Shown: piece by piece, positions 1 to 8,402 of the stretch
How the letters are laid out: each line of letters opens with the position of its first letter
How positions within the stretch are numbered: position 1 is the stretch's first letter
DNA from: Parcubacteria group bacterium
Lineage (GTDB): Bacteria > Patescibacteriota > Minisyncoccia > Minisyncoccales > UBA10102
DNA: 64,000 nucleotides
Direction of reading: 5' to 3'
Assembly (NCBI GenBank): GCA_016203945.1
Contig: JACQLT010000002.1
Location: 797-64,796, forward strand
Translations under genes and position numbers: made by a program
Notes under the pieces: model-generated
What the model saw: the letters and a program-made list of their open reading frames with translations, nothing else
Told to the model about the DNA's origin: nothing
Database searches by the model: none

Positions 1-41
1 TGGATGCGACTTGTACTCAACCCTTACATATGGGTGATGCC

Positions 42-70
42 ATCGTAGCCGAACAGAACATGTCTGTCAA
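42..70 (-). promoter_or_regulatory. sigma-70-type promoter TTGACA-N17-TACGAT firing toward coordinate 1
   Basis: rc of 65-70 = TTGACA and rc of 42-47 = TACGAT with a 17-nt spacer. No ORF follows (ATG then TAA), so the target is probably an RNA or a long leader that leaves the window. Confidence 0.35.
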
Positions 71-106
71 CCCCGTTTTATCCCGCACAAATTTACTTTA
101 TGTATG

Positions 107-177
107 AGCCGCCTGTCAGAATCGAACTGACGTCTGTGCTTTACAAAAGCACTGCTTTACCACTAAGCTAAGGCGGC
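107..177 (-). tRNA. tRNA-Thr (anticodon UGU)
   Basis: rc reads GCCGCCT-TA-GCTT..AAGC-A-GTGCT-TTTGTAA-AGCAC-..-GTCAG-TTCGATT-CTGAC-AGGCGGC-T. Full cloverleaf, TGT in a 7-nt anticodon loop, GTTCGAtT T-loop. Confidence 0.88.
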
Positions 178-190
178 AAAGATGGACGCT

Positions 191-574
191 TTACTTCTCT
201 TCTTTCTTCTTTTTTCTTAATCGGCCCCAGTAATCTTCAGAAAAGCTCTTTGGCTTCTGGGGAACCTTTTTCCCGTTCTTCTCTTGCGTGCGGGTACGCA
301 AGCGCTCCAGCCATGTGCCCACGACGCGTTCTGAACGCAGCATGAAAATTCTGGTTTTGGAAAGGATGCGGTGCAGCAGCTTTTCTGGATGGTTGTTCTG
401 GGCAACCGAAGAACGCTGTAAAGAAACAAACCACGCTTTCATAACGTCTTTCCAGGTAACATTATCCTGGTGAGCTACGACCTCCTTCAGTTGGGGAAGC
501 TTCTTTGTCACGATGTATATGATCCCCCCAAAACTGCAGAGCCATACGACGAAGACGGTTAGAAAAAAAATCAT
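191..574 (-). CDS. hypothetical membrane-anchored protein with Lys-rich C-terminal tail
   Basis: ORF track 191..610. Start moved to ATG 574 (MIFFLTV...), 4 nt after the tsf stop. One N-terminal TM helix; no recognisable family. Confidence 0.55.
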   Translation of the reverse strand: MIFFLTVFVVWLCSFGGIIYIVTKKLPQLKEVVAHQDNVTWKDVMKAWFVSLQRSSVAQNNHPEKLLHRILSKTRIFMLRSERVVGTWLERLRTRTQEKNGKKVPQKPKSFSEDYWGRLRKKKKEEK

Positions 575-578
575 TTGA

Positions 579-1028
579 TTAGAGTTCAAATCGTATGAAT
601 CGTTCCACAACGATATTTTCTCCGAGCTTCGCTATCATCTCCTCTACAAGATTGCGTATGGTTTTGGAGGCGTCCCGCACGTATTGCTGGTCCAAAAGAG
701 AAGGAACGTCTGCAGGATCCATGGAAACAACCTGGAGCGCGAGCTCGTGGCAAAGATTCTTAAAGTCAGCTGACCTGCTCACGAAATCGGTCTCGCAGCG
801 CACCTGCACCATCGCCGCTACCTTGCCGGTGGCGTGTGCGTAGACCCCCACCAAGCCCTCTTTCGCTTCTCGCTTCTGCTTGCGCTCGGCCACTTCCTTG
901 CCCCATGCTCGAAGCAATCCCTTGGCTTTCGCCATGTCCCCCGATGCCTGTTCAAGGGCCTTTTTGCATTCGCCGACAGAGATGCCGGTTTCTTCCCTTA
1001 GTTGTTTGATAAGATCAATGGATACCAT
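579..1028 (-). CDS. tsf: translation elongation factor Ts (short form)
   Basis: N-terminal UBA-like IDLIKQLREETGISVGECKKALEQASGDMAKAKGLL and core VQVRCETDFVSRS. Start is ATG 1028 or 1037; both overlap the rpsB stop. Classic rpsB-tsf order. Confidence 0.88.
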   Translation of the reverse strand: MVSIDLIKQLREETGISVGECKKALEQASGDMAKAKGLLRAWGKEVAERKQKREAKEGLVGVYAHATGKVAAMVQVRCETDFVSRSADFKNLCHELALQVVSMDPADVPSLLDQQYVRDASKTIRNLVEEMIAKLGENIVVERFIRFEL

Positions 1029-1722
1029 AAAGAGCATCTTGAATTTTGGAAAGAATGTATCGCACGGAACTCGGGGCGTCGTTGTTCGCGGGAATCGGAT
1101 AGTCCACAAACTTGGGGTCGTTGTTGGTATCCGCTATGGCAACTACGGGAACGCTAAGCTTCTTTGCCTCGAGCACCGCAATTTCGTTCTCGTCCAGATC
1201 GCACACAAACACCGCAGCTGGAGCTCCGACAAGCTGCTTGATGCCTCCGAACTTCTCTTCAAGAGAGTTCATGCGCTTTAACAGTTCGGCCTGTTCTTTC
1301 TTGGTGTACTTCTGCCAGTCTCCCCGTTCCCTGGCAATACCCAGATCTTTCAACTCATCCAAGCGCTTTTGGGTCATGGTAAAGTTCGTGAGCGTGCCTC
1401 CGATCCACCGCTCAGCCACAAAGGGCAAGCCCAGCGCAAGAGCGGTTTCCTTCACGATTCCCCGGATAGATGTCTTCGTCCCCACCATGAGGATAATCTT
1501 GCCTTCCTCGCGAAGCTTCCTGAGAAACGCAATCGCCTCGTCAAGCTTGAGCTGCGTAAACTTCACGTCTATGATATGGATGGCGTTTCTCATCCCGGAA
1601 ATATAGGGCCGCATATTGGGATGGGTTTTTGAGGTTTTGTGACCGAAATGCAAACCCGCCCGTATCATTTCTTGCGAAACAGGATCAACAGGAGCTTGAG
1701 ATTTCATTTCTAGGGCTTCCAT
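1015..1722 (-). CDS. rpsB: 30S ribosomal protein S2
   Basis: GLHFGHKTSKTHPNMRPYISGMRNAIHIIDV and VVAIADTNNDP are S2 signatures. Full-length ORF. Confidence 0.95.
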   Translation of the reverse strand: MEALEMKSQAPVDPVSQEMIRAGLHFGHKTSKTHPNMRPYISGMRNAIHIIDVKFTQLKLDEAIAFLRKLREEGKIILMVGTKTSIRGIVKETALALGLPFVAERWIGGTLTNFTMTQKRLDELKDLGIARERGDWQKYTKKEQAELLKRMNSLEEKFGGIKQLVGAPAAVFVCDLDENEIAVLEAKKLSVPVVAIADTNNDPKFVDYPIPANNDAPSSVRYILSKIQDALYGIH

Positions 1723-1731
1723 GTCCTTCTC

Positions 1732-1760
1732 TCTGTACCATAGTTGATTTTAGAAGGCAA
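1732..1760 (-). promoter_or_regulatory. candidate rpsB promoter TTGCCT-N17-TACAGA, 9 nt from the ATG
   Basis: rc of 1755-1760 = TTGCCT and rc of 1732-1737 = TACAGA. The start codon at 1722 lies 9 nt downstream. Hexamers are weaker than the other promoters here. Confidence 0.3.
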
Positions 1761-1772
1761 GCGTGATATCAT
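1744..1772 (+). promoter_or_regulatory. candidate rpmE promoter TTGATT-N17-(TGa)TATCAT, 9 nt from the GTG start
   Basis: 1744-1749 TTGATT, 1767-1772 TATCAT preceded by TG (extended -10). Overlaps the divergent rpsB promoter back to back. Confidence 0.4.
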
Positions 1773-1781
1773 GCATCTACC

Positions 1782-1994
1782 GTGAAAAAAGAAGGGCATC
1801 CGACATACTATCCCAAAGCAAAGATCACGTGCTCCTGCGGCAACGTATTTGAGCTTGGGTCCACGCAAGAAACCCTTGAGATTGAAACGTGTTCTGCTTG
1901 CCATCCGTTCTTTACCGGACAAGAGAGGTCTGGGGAACGCGTCGGCCAGATCCAAAAGTTCAAGAAACGCCTTGCGGCAAAGCGTCCCCGGTAA
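1782..1994 (+). CDS. rpmE: 50S ribosomal protein L31 (zinc-binding type)
   Basis: [24 protein letters not shown]...[11 protein letters not shown] is the L31 signature with two Cys pairs. GTG start. Confidence 0.92.
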   Translation: MKKEGHPTYYPKAKITCSCGNVFELGSTQETLEIETCSACHPFFTGQERSGERVGQIQKFKKRLAAKRPR

Positions 1995-3022
1995 TGGACC
2001 TGAACAGTATCAGAGAAGAATATCGAGGAGTCCTCAAGGAACTCAGCAACCCTGACATCGTTTCAGATCGCCAGAAGTTTCAGGAGCTTGCCCGCAGCAA
2101 GGCCCGCTTGGAAAAGATCATCAGGAAGACGGACGAGATTGAGACCGTCGCACAACGCATTGAGGAAAACCAGCAGATCTTGGCCTCCCGCGAAGATGGA
2201 GATCTCTCGGCGCTGGCTGAGCAAGAGCTCCAGGGCCTTGTGAAGCAACATACGGAACTCCAGAAAGAACTGGAGGATTTGTCGCATGAGAAAGAAGAGC
2301 GCGGAGCCCTGATCATGGAGATACGCCCCGGTACCGGAGGCGAAGAAGCCGCATTGTTCGCGGCCAGCCTGCTCCGCATGTACACCAGGTTCTCAGAACG
2401 CAGGCACTGGAAATACAAGCAGCTGAGCATAAACGAAACGGAGCTCGGCGGCGTAAAAGAAGCGGCCCTGGAAATTGAAGGGGAAGGGGCCTTTGCTGTG
2501 CTCCGTCACGAAGCAGGGGTGCACCGCGTCCAGAGGATTCCCGCAACCGAAAAGGCAGGAAGGGTGCATACCTCGACAGCTTCGGTCGCAATACTGCCAA
2601 AACCGGAAGCAGGAGAACTGATCCTTCGTCCGGACGACTTAGAGGTTGATTTTTACCGGTCTTCGGGAGCCGGAGGCCAGAACGTGAACAAGCGCGAAAC
2701 CGCAGTGCGTCTCACGCACAAGCCAACGGGCATCGTGGTCACCTCGCAAACCGCCCGCACGCAACCGGAAAACAAGGAATACGCGCTTTCTCTACTGGCC
2801 GCCCGCGTCCTGAAAAAACAACAAGAAGAAAAAACCGGCAATATCGCCGAAGCGAGGCGAGGGCAAATCGGCAAGGCAATGAGGGCTGAAAAAATCAGAA
2901 CGTACAACTTTCCTCAGGATCGGCTCACTGACCACAGAATCAAAAAAACCTGGCACAATCTGGAACAGATCATGGCAGGCGACCTCGACCCAATCTTCGA
3001 ATCCTTTTCTTCTTCATCATAA
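1994..3022 (+). CDS. prfA: peptide chain release factor 1
   Basis: RF1 tripeptide PAT ([14 protein letters not shown]) and GGQ ([15 protein letters not shown]). ATG 1994 overlaps the rpmE TAA (TAATG). The upstream extension in the ORF track is rejected. Confidence 0.95.
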   Translation: MDLNSIREEYRGVLKELSNPDIVSDRQKFQELARSKARLEKIIRKTDEIETVAQRIEENQQILASREDGDLSALAEQELQGLVKQHTELQKELEDLSHEKEERGALIMEIRPGTGGEEAALFAASLLRMYTRFSERRHWKYKQLSINETELGGVKEAALEIEGEGAFAVLRHEAGVHRVQRIPATEKAGRVHTSTASVAILPKPEAGELILRPDDLEVDFYRSSGAGGQNVNKRETAVRLTHKPTGIVVTSQTARTQPENKEYALSLLAARVLKKQQEEKTGNIAEARRGQIGKAMRAEKIRTYNFPQDRLTDHRIKKTWHNLEQIMAGDLDPIFESFSSSS

Positions 3023-3046
3023 TTATAAGAGGGCGAGCGCTTTCTT

Positions 3047-4417
3047 CTATTGTAGGGCGAGATCTTTACCAGCTCCTGCGGCAAGAGCTTTGATATCGTC
3101 TTCGTATCCTTTGGCAATCGCCATCACCGAGTCGCCGTAAAAACGGTACCGCGTATTCGTGCTGCCCGAGAAATAGATCATGGCGGCCCGCCACTCAGCC
3201 GTATACGTCTGTTTCGCGGCGCCAGAATCAACCAGTAACACGGCAGCTGCCATGAAGGCGTCTTTAATATTCCAAGGGTCTCCCGGGCGCCCGAGGATAT
3301 CTTTCAATTTCTTTTCATATAACGCCCATGTTGAAGGGATGAACTGGGCAGGACCCATAGCTCCCCCATATCCTCCGACCGACGGAATCGGGCAGGAAAC
3401 TGGGGTCTTAGAAGCATCCCTTCCCAGTTCTCCTGTGATGCGCAAGAAGGGTTGCACATCACGCGAGGGCTTCATGACGTTCCGTATTGCAGCTCCCGTG
3501 CGGATGCTTATTCCCCCGCCAGTCGCTGCATCTGTCATGTAGCACTGACCCACATTCTTTCCCAAATTAGATTCCTGGGTGAGGACGGCTAGCAAGAGAG
3601 CAGCCCTGATCCCGGTTCTCGCAGAAACCTCCTGGGCAATGGCCAGCGCCTCTCCGAACGTGGGGGCATCTGGCACACCGACAATATCAAAAATCCGGTT
3701 TCTGATTTCCTGCGCACGCAGCCGAGTGTTTGCAAGCTGCTTTTGATATTCAGCCTCCTTTCCCTGTGTCTGTTGGAGCAGACGCTCCTGCTCTGCCTTT
3801 GCCGCCTGGGTCTGCTGGCGCTGCAGGATCTGGATCTTCACGAAGTTCTCTTCTTCTTGCTTGTCCGTCTCTAATGAAACCTTCTGGTCCTGGAGATAGA
3901 CGTTCAAGTCCTGAATATCTAAGAGCAACGCCCGGTTTCTTGCGTTGAGAGAATCAAGCGCCACGAGATTCTCAAAGAATTCCGAAAGGTCGGATCCCGT
4001 AAGGAGAATTTCCAGCGCGGTTTTCTGATCTTCTTCGTAGATGCGCTGAAGAATATCTCCCAGCTGAGCTTTCTTGTCTTCAATATCCCGCCCGGTCTTA
4101 TCTATAGAGGACGAGGTGTCCGCAATCTGCACCTTCAGATCTGAAATGAGTCTGTTCGACTGGGTAATCTGCAGGTTGAGCTTTGCGATCTGGTTTTTGA
4201 CAATAGTAATCTGATTCTGCAAAGTCTTTTTTTCCTGCTGGGTCTTCGTAATATCCTGCTCGTATTGCTGAATCTGCTGCTCCAATTGCTGAAGCTCCAG
4301 CTCCAACTGGCTCCGTTCTTCCTGGGGGGTGAGAGCAAACACGCCGCCAAGCGGCAAAAGAAAAACAAGCATCAAGGTCGTTGCCGCGGCTTTTTTCGGA
4401 AACCTCAAAATGCTCAT
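3047..4417 (-). CDS. secreted coiled-coil protein with C-terminal MltB-like lytic transglycosylase domain
   Basis: Signal/TM (LMLVFLLPLGGVFA), then ~220 aa of Q/E/K-rich heptad-like sequence. C-terminal AVLTQESNLG (catalytic Glu context) and GGAMGPAQFIPSTW resemble the SLT_2/MltB family. Confidence 0.7.
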   Translation of the reverse strand: MSILRFPKKAAATTLMLVFLLPLGGVFALTPQEERSQLELELQQLEQQIQQYEQDITKTQQEKKTLQNQITIVKNQIAKLNLQITQSNRLISDLKVQIADTSSSIDKTGRDIEDKKAQLGDILQRIYEEDQKTALEILLTGSDLSEFFENLVALDSLNARNRALLLDIQDLNVYLQDQKVSLETDKQEEENFVKIQILQRQQTQAAKAEQERLLQQTQGKEAEYQKQLANTRLRAQEIRNRIFDIVGVPDAPTFGEALAIAQEVSARTGIRAALLLAVLTQESNLGKNVGQCYMTDAATGGGISIRTGAAIRNVMKPSRDVQPFLRITGELGRDASKTPVSCPIPSVGGYGGAMGPAQFIPSTWALYEKKLKDILGRPGDPWNIKDAFMAAAVLLVDSGAAKQTYTAEWRAAMIYFSGSTNTRYRFYGDSVMAIAKGYEDDIKALAAGAGKDLALQ

Positions 4418-5082
4418 TCCTGAGTTGGCGTTGATTCGGCTGACTCTTCTTCTGGTTCCTCTTTCTTTTCTTTCTCTATCTTTGCCACCTCTTCCACGCG
4501 TTCCTCCACCGGAGTGGCTAACTCTTTCTCAACATCGGTCACGGGAACCACCTGAGCCACGACGTCTTCAAGGGTATGCTCTATGGTCACGCCCTCTGGT
4601 ATTCGTATGTCTTTTACGAAAATGCGGTCTTCAAAGGTAGCCAAACTCTCCACGTTGCAGATAAGCTCATGGGGAAGATTCTGGGGAAGCGCGGAAACCG
4701 AAATCTCCTGGATATGCCTAATAAGCGTGCCGCCCAGTTCCTTTACCGCAGGAGCTTCTCCTTGGACCGTGATGGGCAGATCAACCTTCACCTTCTTGTC
4801 CAACGGAGGCTCGTAGAAATCAATATGAATGACGGTACCCTGCAAAGGATCACGCTGCACGTCGTGGATGAGCACAGGCACCTTCCGATCCCCAACCTCC
4901 AGGCTCAACAGCGTGCTCTCCCCTGCTTCCTTGAAGGCTTTCTCAAACTCCCTCTGTTCCACGGAAATCATCTGGCTCTTGCTTTTGGGTCCATACAAAA
5001 CAGCAGGGATCTTTCCTGCTCCCCGTAATGCGTTCGTTTTTCTGCCTTGTTCCTGGCGTAGACTCGCCTGAATGCTGGTCAT
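4414..5082 (-). CDS. rplY: 50S ribosomal protein L25 / general stress protein Ctc form
   Basis: RGAGKIPAVLYGPKSKSQMISV N-terminus, two-domain length, acidic C-terminal tail. Confidence 0.9.
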   Translation of the reverse strand: MTSIQASLRQEQGRKTNALRGAGKIPAVLYGPKSKSQMISVEQREFEKAFKEAGESTLLSLEVGDRKVPVLIHDVQRDPLQGTVIHIDFYEPPLDKKVKVDLPITVQGEAPAVKELGGTLIRHIQEISVSALPQNLPHELICNVESLATFEDRIFVKDIRIPEGVTIEHTLEDVVAQVVPVTDVEKELATPVEERVEEVAKIEKEKKEEPEEESAESTPTQE

Positions 5083-5088
5083 ACCTTC

Positions 5089-5117
5089 ACCCTATCAGAG
5101 GCTCCGAACAAAATCAA
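5089..5117 (-). promoter_or_regulatory. candidate rplY promoter TTGATT-N17-TAGGGT, 6 nt from the ATG
   Basis: rc of 5112-5117 = TTGATT and rc of 5089-5094 = TAGGGT. ATG at 5082. Confidence 0.35.
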
Positions 5118-5151
5118 CCCCGTAATTCACTACGGAGTCAATCCCTATACA

Positions 5152-5625
5152 TCATTTTTGAGATGAACGCACGAGTTTGTCTGCTTCTTTCGCAGACCGG
5201 AATTCTTTTACCTTCACCCATTTGTTGGGCTCCAAGCGCTTGTATATCTCAAAAAACTCTTTGATTTCTTTCCTCATAAAGTCCGGAAGGTCGCTCACCT
5301 CTTTTATGTGCTGCCACCTGGGATCAAGCTTTGCCTGAGGAACCGCCACCACCTTGTGATCCACGCCGGATTCGTCCTCCATCTCAAGATAGCCGATGAC
5401 CTCGGCCTCAACAATGCATCCCGAAAACGTAGGAAATGAGACGAGGAGCACGGCATCCAGAGGATCCCCGTCTTCCCCTTTTGTGCCTTCAATGAACCCG
5501 TATTCAAAGGGAAAAGCAACGGGCCCGTGCAGCGCCCGGTCCAGCTTTATTTGGCCTGTGCTTTCGTCCCGCTCGTACTTATTATGAGATCCTTTGGGAA
5601 TCTCGACAAAAATCTTGACCGTCAT
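5152..5625 (-). CDS. ppa: inorganic pyrophosphatase (family I)
   Basis: VEIPKGSHNKYE, YGFIEGTKGEDGDPLDAVLL, DHKVVAV. Start ATG 5625 overlaps the gap TGA (ATGA). Confidence 0.92.
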   Translation of the reverse strand: MTVKIFVEIPKGSHNKYERDESTGQIKLDRALHGPVAFPFEYGFIEGTKGEDGDPLDAVLLVSFPTFSGCIVEAEVIGYLEMEDESGVDHKVVAVPQAKLDPRWQHIKEVSDLPDFMRKEIKEFFEIYKRLEPNKWVKVKEFRSAKEADKLVRSSQK

Positions 5626-6653
5626 ATGGTAGCTGCCATTTGCTGCACGTGCTTCACGAGCGTCGCAACGTACCCCCATTCGTTATCGTACCATGAAAGC
5701 ACTTTCACAAGATCTCCGCCAACGACCCTGGTGCTCTCCAGGTCAACGATTGCCCCATACGGCTCTCCGACAATGTCAGAAGAGACAAGCGGATCGTTCG
5801 TTACCTTTAGAATACCCTGCCACCTGGGTTCTTGCGAGGCTTGGGTCAGTGTGTCGTTGATTTCTTCTGGCGATGTCTTCCGTTTTGCCAGAAACGTGAT
5901 GTCTGCGATGGAACCCGTGAGCGTAGGGACGCGAAGGGCTATGCCGTCAAACTTTCCCGCAAGCTGAGGAATGGCCCGGATGACGGAAATCGCGGCTCCC
6001 GTGGACGAAGGAACGATATTAAATGCTCCGGCCCTCCCCCGTCTGAAATCCTTGCCGCGCGTGGGGCCGTCCACCAAGTTCTGCGTTGCGGTATACCCGT
6101 GCACCGTGTTCAAGGATGCCTTCAGAATGCCCGGATTTTCACTTAATATTTGCACGACAGGGGCTGCAGCGTTTGTCGTACAAGAACCGTTGGAGGAAAT
6201 GAGACAGGTCTTGAGATGCTCCTCGTTCACTCCCATGAGAATGGTTTTGAATTCGTCTCGATCCTCATCTTTTGCAGGAGCCGTAATGACAACGCGCCTT
6301 GCCCCTGCCTTCAGGTGTACTTGAGCTTTCTCATACGACTCAAATACGCCGGTCGCTTCCACGACAATATCAATACTCATCTTCTTCCAGGGCAGGGCCG
6401 AGGAGTCTTTGACCTGCGAAAACGCAATGCGCTTGCCCTCGCAAACAAGCACGCCTCCGTCTGCCGTCTTTTCTACAACCTCTACGTTTGCCGCCAGCTT
6501 TCCGTATACAGAATCATACCTGAGCAGATAGGCAAGGTTCTCAATGTCGCCCAGGTCATTGATGGCAACCACCTGAATATCCTTTGCCTTGATTGCCTGC
6601 CTAAAAAATAGGCGCCCTATCCTCCCGAACCCGTTGATTGCGACTGTCTTCAT
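5622..6653 (-). CDS. gap: glyceraldehyde-3-phosphate dehydrogenase
   Basis: INGFGRIGR, catalytic SCTTNAAAP, WYDNEWGY. Confidence 0.96.
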   Translation of the reverse strand: MKTVAINGFGRIGRLFFRQAIKAKDIQVVAINDLGDIENLAYLLRYDSVYGKLAANVEVVEKTADGGVLVCEGKRIAFSQVKDSSALPWKKMSIDIVVEATGVFESYEKAQVHLKAGARRVVITAPAKDEDRDEFKTILMGVNEEHLKTCLISSNGSCTTNAAAPVVQILSENPGILKASLNTVHGYTATQNLVDGPTRGKDFRRGRAGAFNIVPSSTGAAISVIRAIPQLAGKFDGIALRVPTLTGSIADITFLAKRKTSPEEINDTLTQASQEPRWQGILKVTNDPLVSSDIVGEPYGAIVDLESTRVVGGDLVKVLSWYDNEWGYVATLVKHVQQMAATI

Positions 6654-6656
6654 GAA

Positions 6657-7520
6657 TTATCCAATCACCTCGGAAATCGCATCAATGACATCCATTGCGG
6701 TAAGAGATTCCTTGAGTTTAGCTCCCGCGAGCTCCCCTGCTTTTCCGTTGATGTAGGCTCCGGCAGCTGCGGCCAGCATCGGGGAGATTTCGCGGGAAAG
6801 CAAAGCTCCTATGATCCCGCTCAGCGTGTCTCCCAAGCCGCCTCCCGACATATACGGAGAACCCGTTTCGTTGGTGATGACTTCCTTGCCGTCTGAGGCG
6901 ATATCTATGGCGGCCTTTAAAAGAATGGTTGTCTGCAGCCGGGCCGCTTCCTGCTGCACCACCTTTATGCGTTCCTCGTGAGGAAGCTCGCGCACCTCTT
7001 TTCCGGTCAGCAAAGCGAATTCAAATGTGTTTGGGGTGACGACAAAAGGCTTTCCTGCCAACACCCCAGGGTTTTTTGCCAAGGCGTGAATGCCGTCGGC
7101 ATCAATGACAGCAGGAATATCCGTTGCCGCGAGATAGTCTGCAATCGTCTGAAGCGTCTCTTCGGTCCTTCCCATGCCGCCTCCAATAAGAACCGCGACA
7201 TTTCCGCGAGCTACCGCTTTGGCGCTAGCCGTCATTTCAAGCAAGAGAGGCAAATCTTGTTTTGAAACACGGGTGTTTGCAATGGGGTATGCCGCGAGCA
7301 GCGGAGAAAAGGAAGCGATGATGTCAGCCGCTCGCTTGGGAGCGATGAGACGCGCCATGTCCAGACCCGCCCGATGTGCGGCGAGCGCAGAGAGCGCAGG
7401 AGATCCGGAGTAAAAGTCGGATCCTCCAATGATGATCAACAGGCCGTAGTCGTACTTCCGGACCTCGGAAGGACGGGGGGGATACACATTCTGAATGATG
7501 TCCTTGGTTGTCTTGATCAT
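6657..7520 (-). CDS. nnrD: ADP-dependent NAD(P)H-hydrate dehydratase (YjeF C-terminal / carbohydrate-kinase fold)
   Basis: IGGSDFYSGSPALSALAA, LIGGGMGRTEET, GGGLGDTLSGIIGALL. Confidence 0.8.
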   Translation of the reverse strand: MIKTTKDIIQNVYPPRPSEVRKYDYGLLIIIGGSDFYSGSPALSALAAHRAGLDMARLIAPKRAADIIASFSPLLAAYPIANTRVSKQDLPLLLEMTASAKAVARGNVAVLIGGGMGRTEETLQTIADYLAATDIPAVIDADGIHALAKNPGVLAGKPFVVTPNTFEFALLTGKEVRELPHEERIKVVQQEAARLQTTILLKAAIDIASDGKEVITNETGSPYMSGGGLGDTLSGIIGALLSREISPMLAAAAGAYINGKAGELAGAKLKESLTAMDVIDAISEVIG

Positions 7521-8392
7521 ACAAGTTTTTCCTCTTTAAGAAATGTGGTCATCGCTGTTCCAAACTCGGGATGCTTGAGAGAAAGATAGAGGTTGGAACG
7601 AAGCCACCCTATCTTGTCTCCGCATTCCAGCCATCTTCCCTCTACTTCGTATCCATATACTATCTTACCATCTCTCAGCATCTGAGACAAAGCTTTGGCC
7701 AGCATGATCTCCCCCTTTTTGTTGGGGCTCGCTTTCTTCAGATACGAAAATACCTCCGGCGTGAGAACGGCTCTTCCCAGAAATACGAGGTTGGAAGGGG
7801 CGGAGCCGGGAGTTGGTTTCTCCACGAATTCTTTGAGCTTGTAGAACCGTTTGGCTATCTTTTCCACCTTAGCTACCCCATACGCAGATACCCGGTCCTC
7901 AGGAAGCTCATAGAGCGCGAGAACGGGTTTCTGGGCGGTCTTAAATACTCCCAGCAGCTGCTGGGCGCAAGGAACCCTTGCATCAACCACGTCGTCTGGA
8001 AACATGATAAGGCAGGGCTCTTCTCCCACAAGCTTTTTTGCCTGAAGAATCGCATGGCCATCCCCCAGAGCATGATCTGACACGAATGAGAATGTCATCC
8101 CCTCGCAAAGTTCCTCAATGCGCTTGAGAAGCTTAAGCAAATGTTCTTGCTTGCGCTCTTCCAGGGTTTTTTCCAGTTTTAGAGATCTCTTGAAATAGTC
8201 CTCAATGAATTTCCTGTTTGAGTTGACGACAAAAATGATCTCCGTAATACCCGAGGCCTTTGCCTCTTCCACCGCATATTGGATAAGGGGTTTATCCACG
8301 AGCGGCAGGAGCTCCTTGGGAATGACTTTGGAAATGGGCAAGTATCTGGTACCAAGGCCCGCAATGGGCACGATTGCTTTTGCTACCTCCAT
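7517..8392 (-). CDS. galU: UTP--glucose-1-phosphate uridylyltransferase
   Basis: AIVPIAGLGTRYLPISKVIPKELLPLVDKPLIQY, plus a VEKP motif region. Confidence 0.92.
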   Translation of the reverse strand: MEVAKAIVPIAGLGTRYLPISKVIPKELLPLVDKPLIQYAVEEAKASGITEIIFVVNSNRKFIEDYFKRSLKLEKTLEERKQEHLLKLLKRIEELCEGMTFSFVSDHALGDGHAILQAKKLVGEEPCLIMFPDDVVDARVPCAQQLLGVFKTAQKPVLALYELPEDRVSAYGVAKVEKIAKRFYKLKEFVEKPTPGSAPSNLVFLGRAVLTPEVFSYLKKASPNKKGEIMLAKALSQMLRDGKIVYGYEVEGRWLECGDKIGWLRSNLYLSLKHPEFGTAMTTFLKEEKLV

Positions 8393-8402
8393 CTTTCTTC
8401 GG

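Noticed and set aside
1-60. Possible partial tRNA or tmRNA-like 3' end (rc ends in ...GTCGCATCCA)
   Set aside because: I could not fold a T-arm or acceptor stem (no GTTCRANYC-like loop). It is more likely the start of a transcript from the promoter at 42-70. It cannot be resolved because the window ends.
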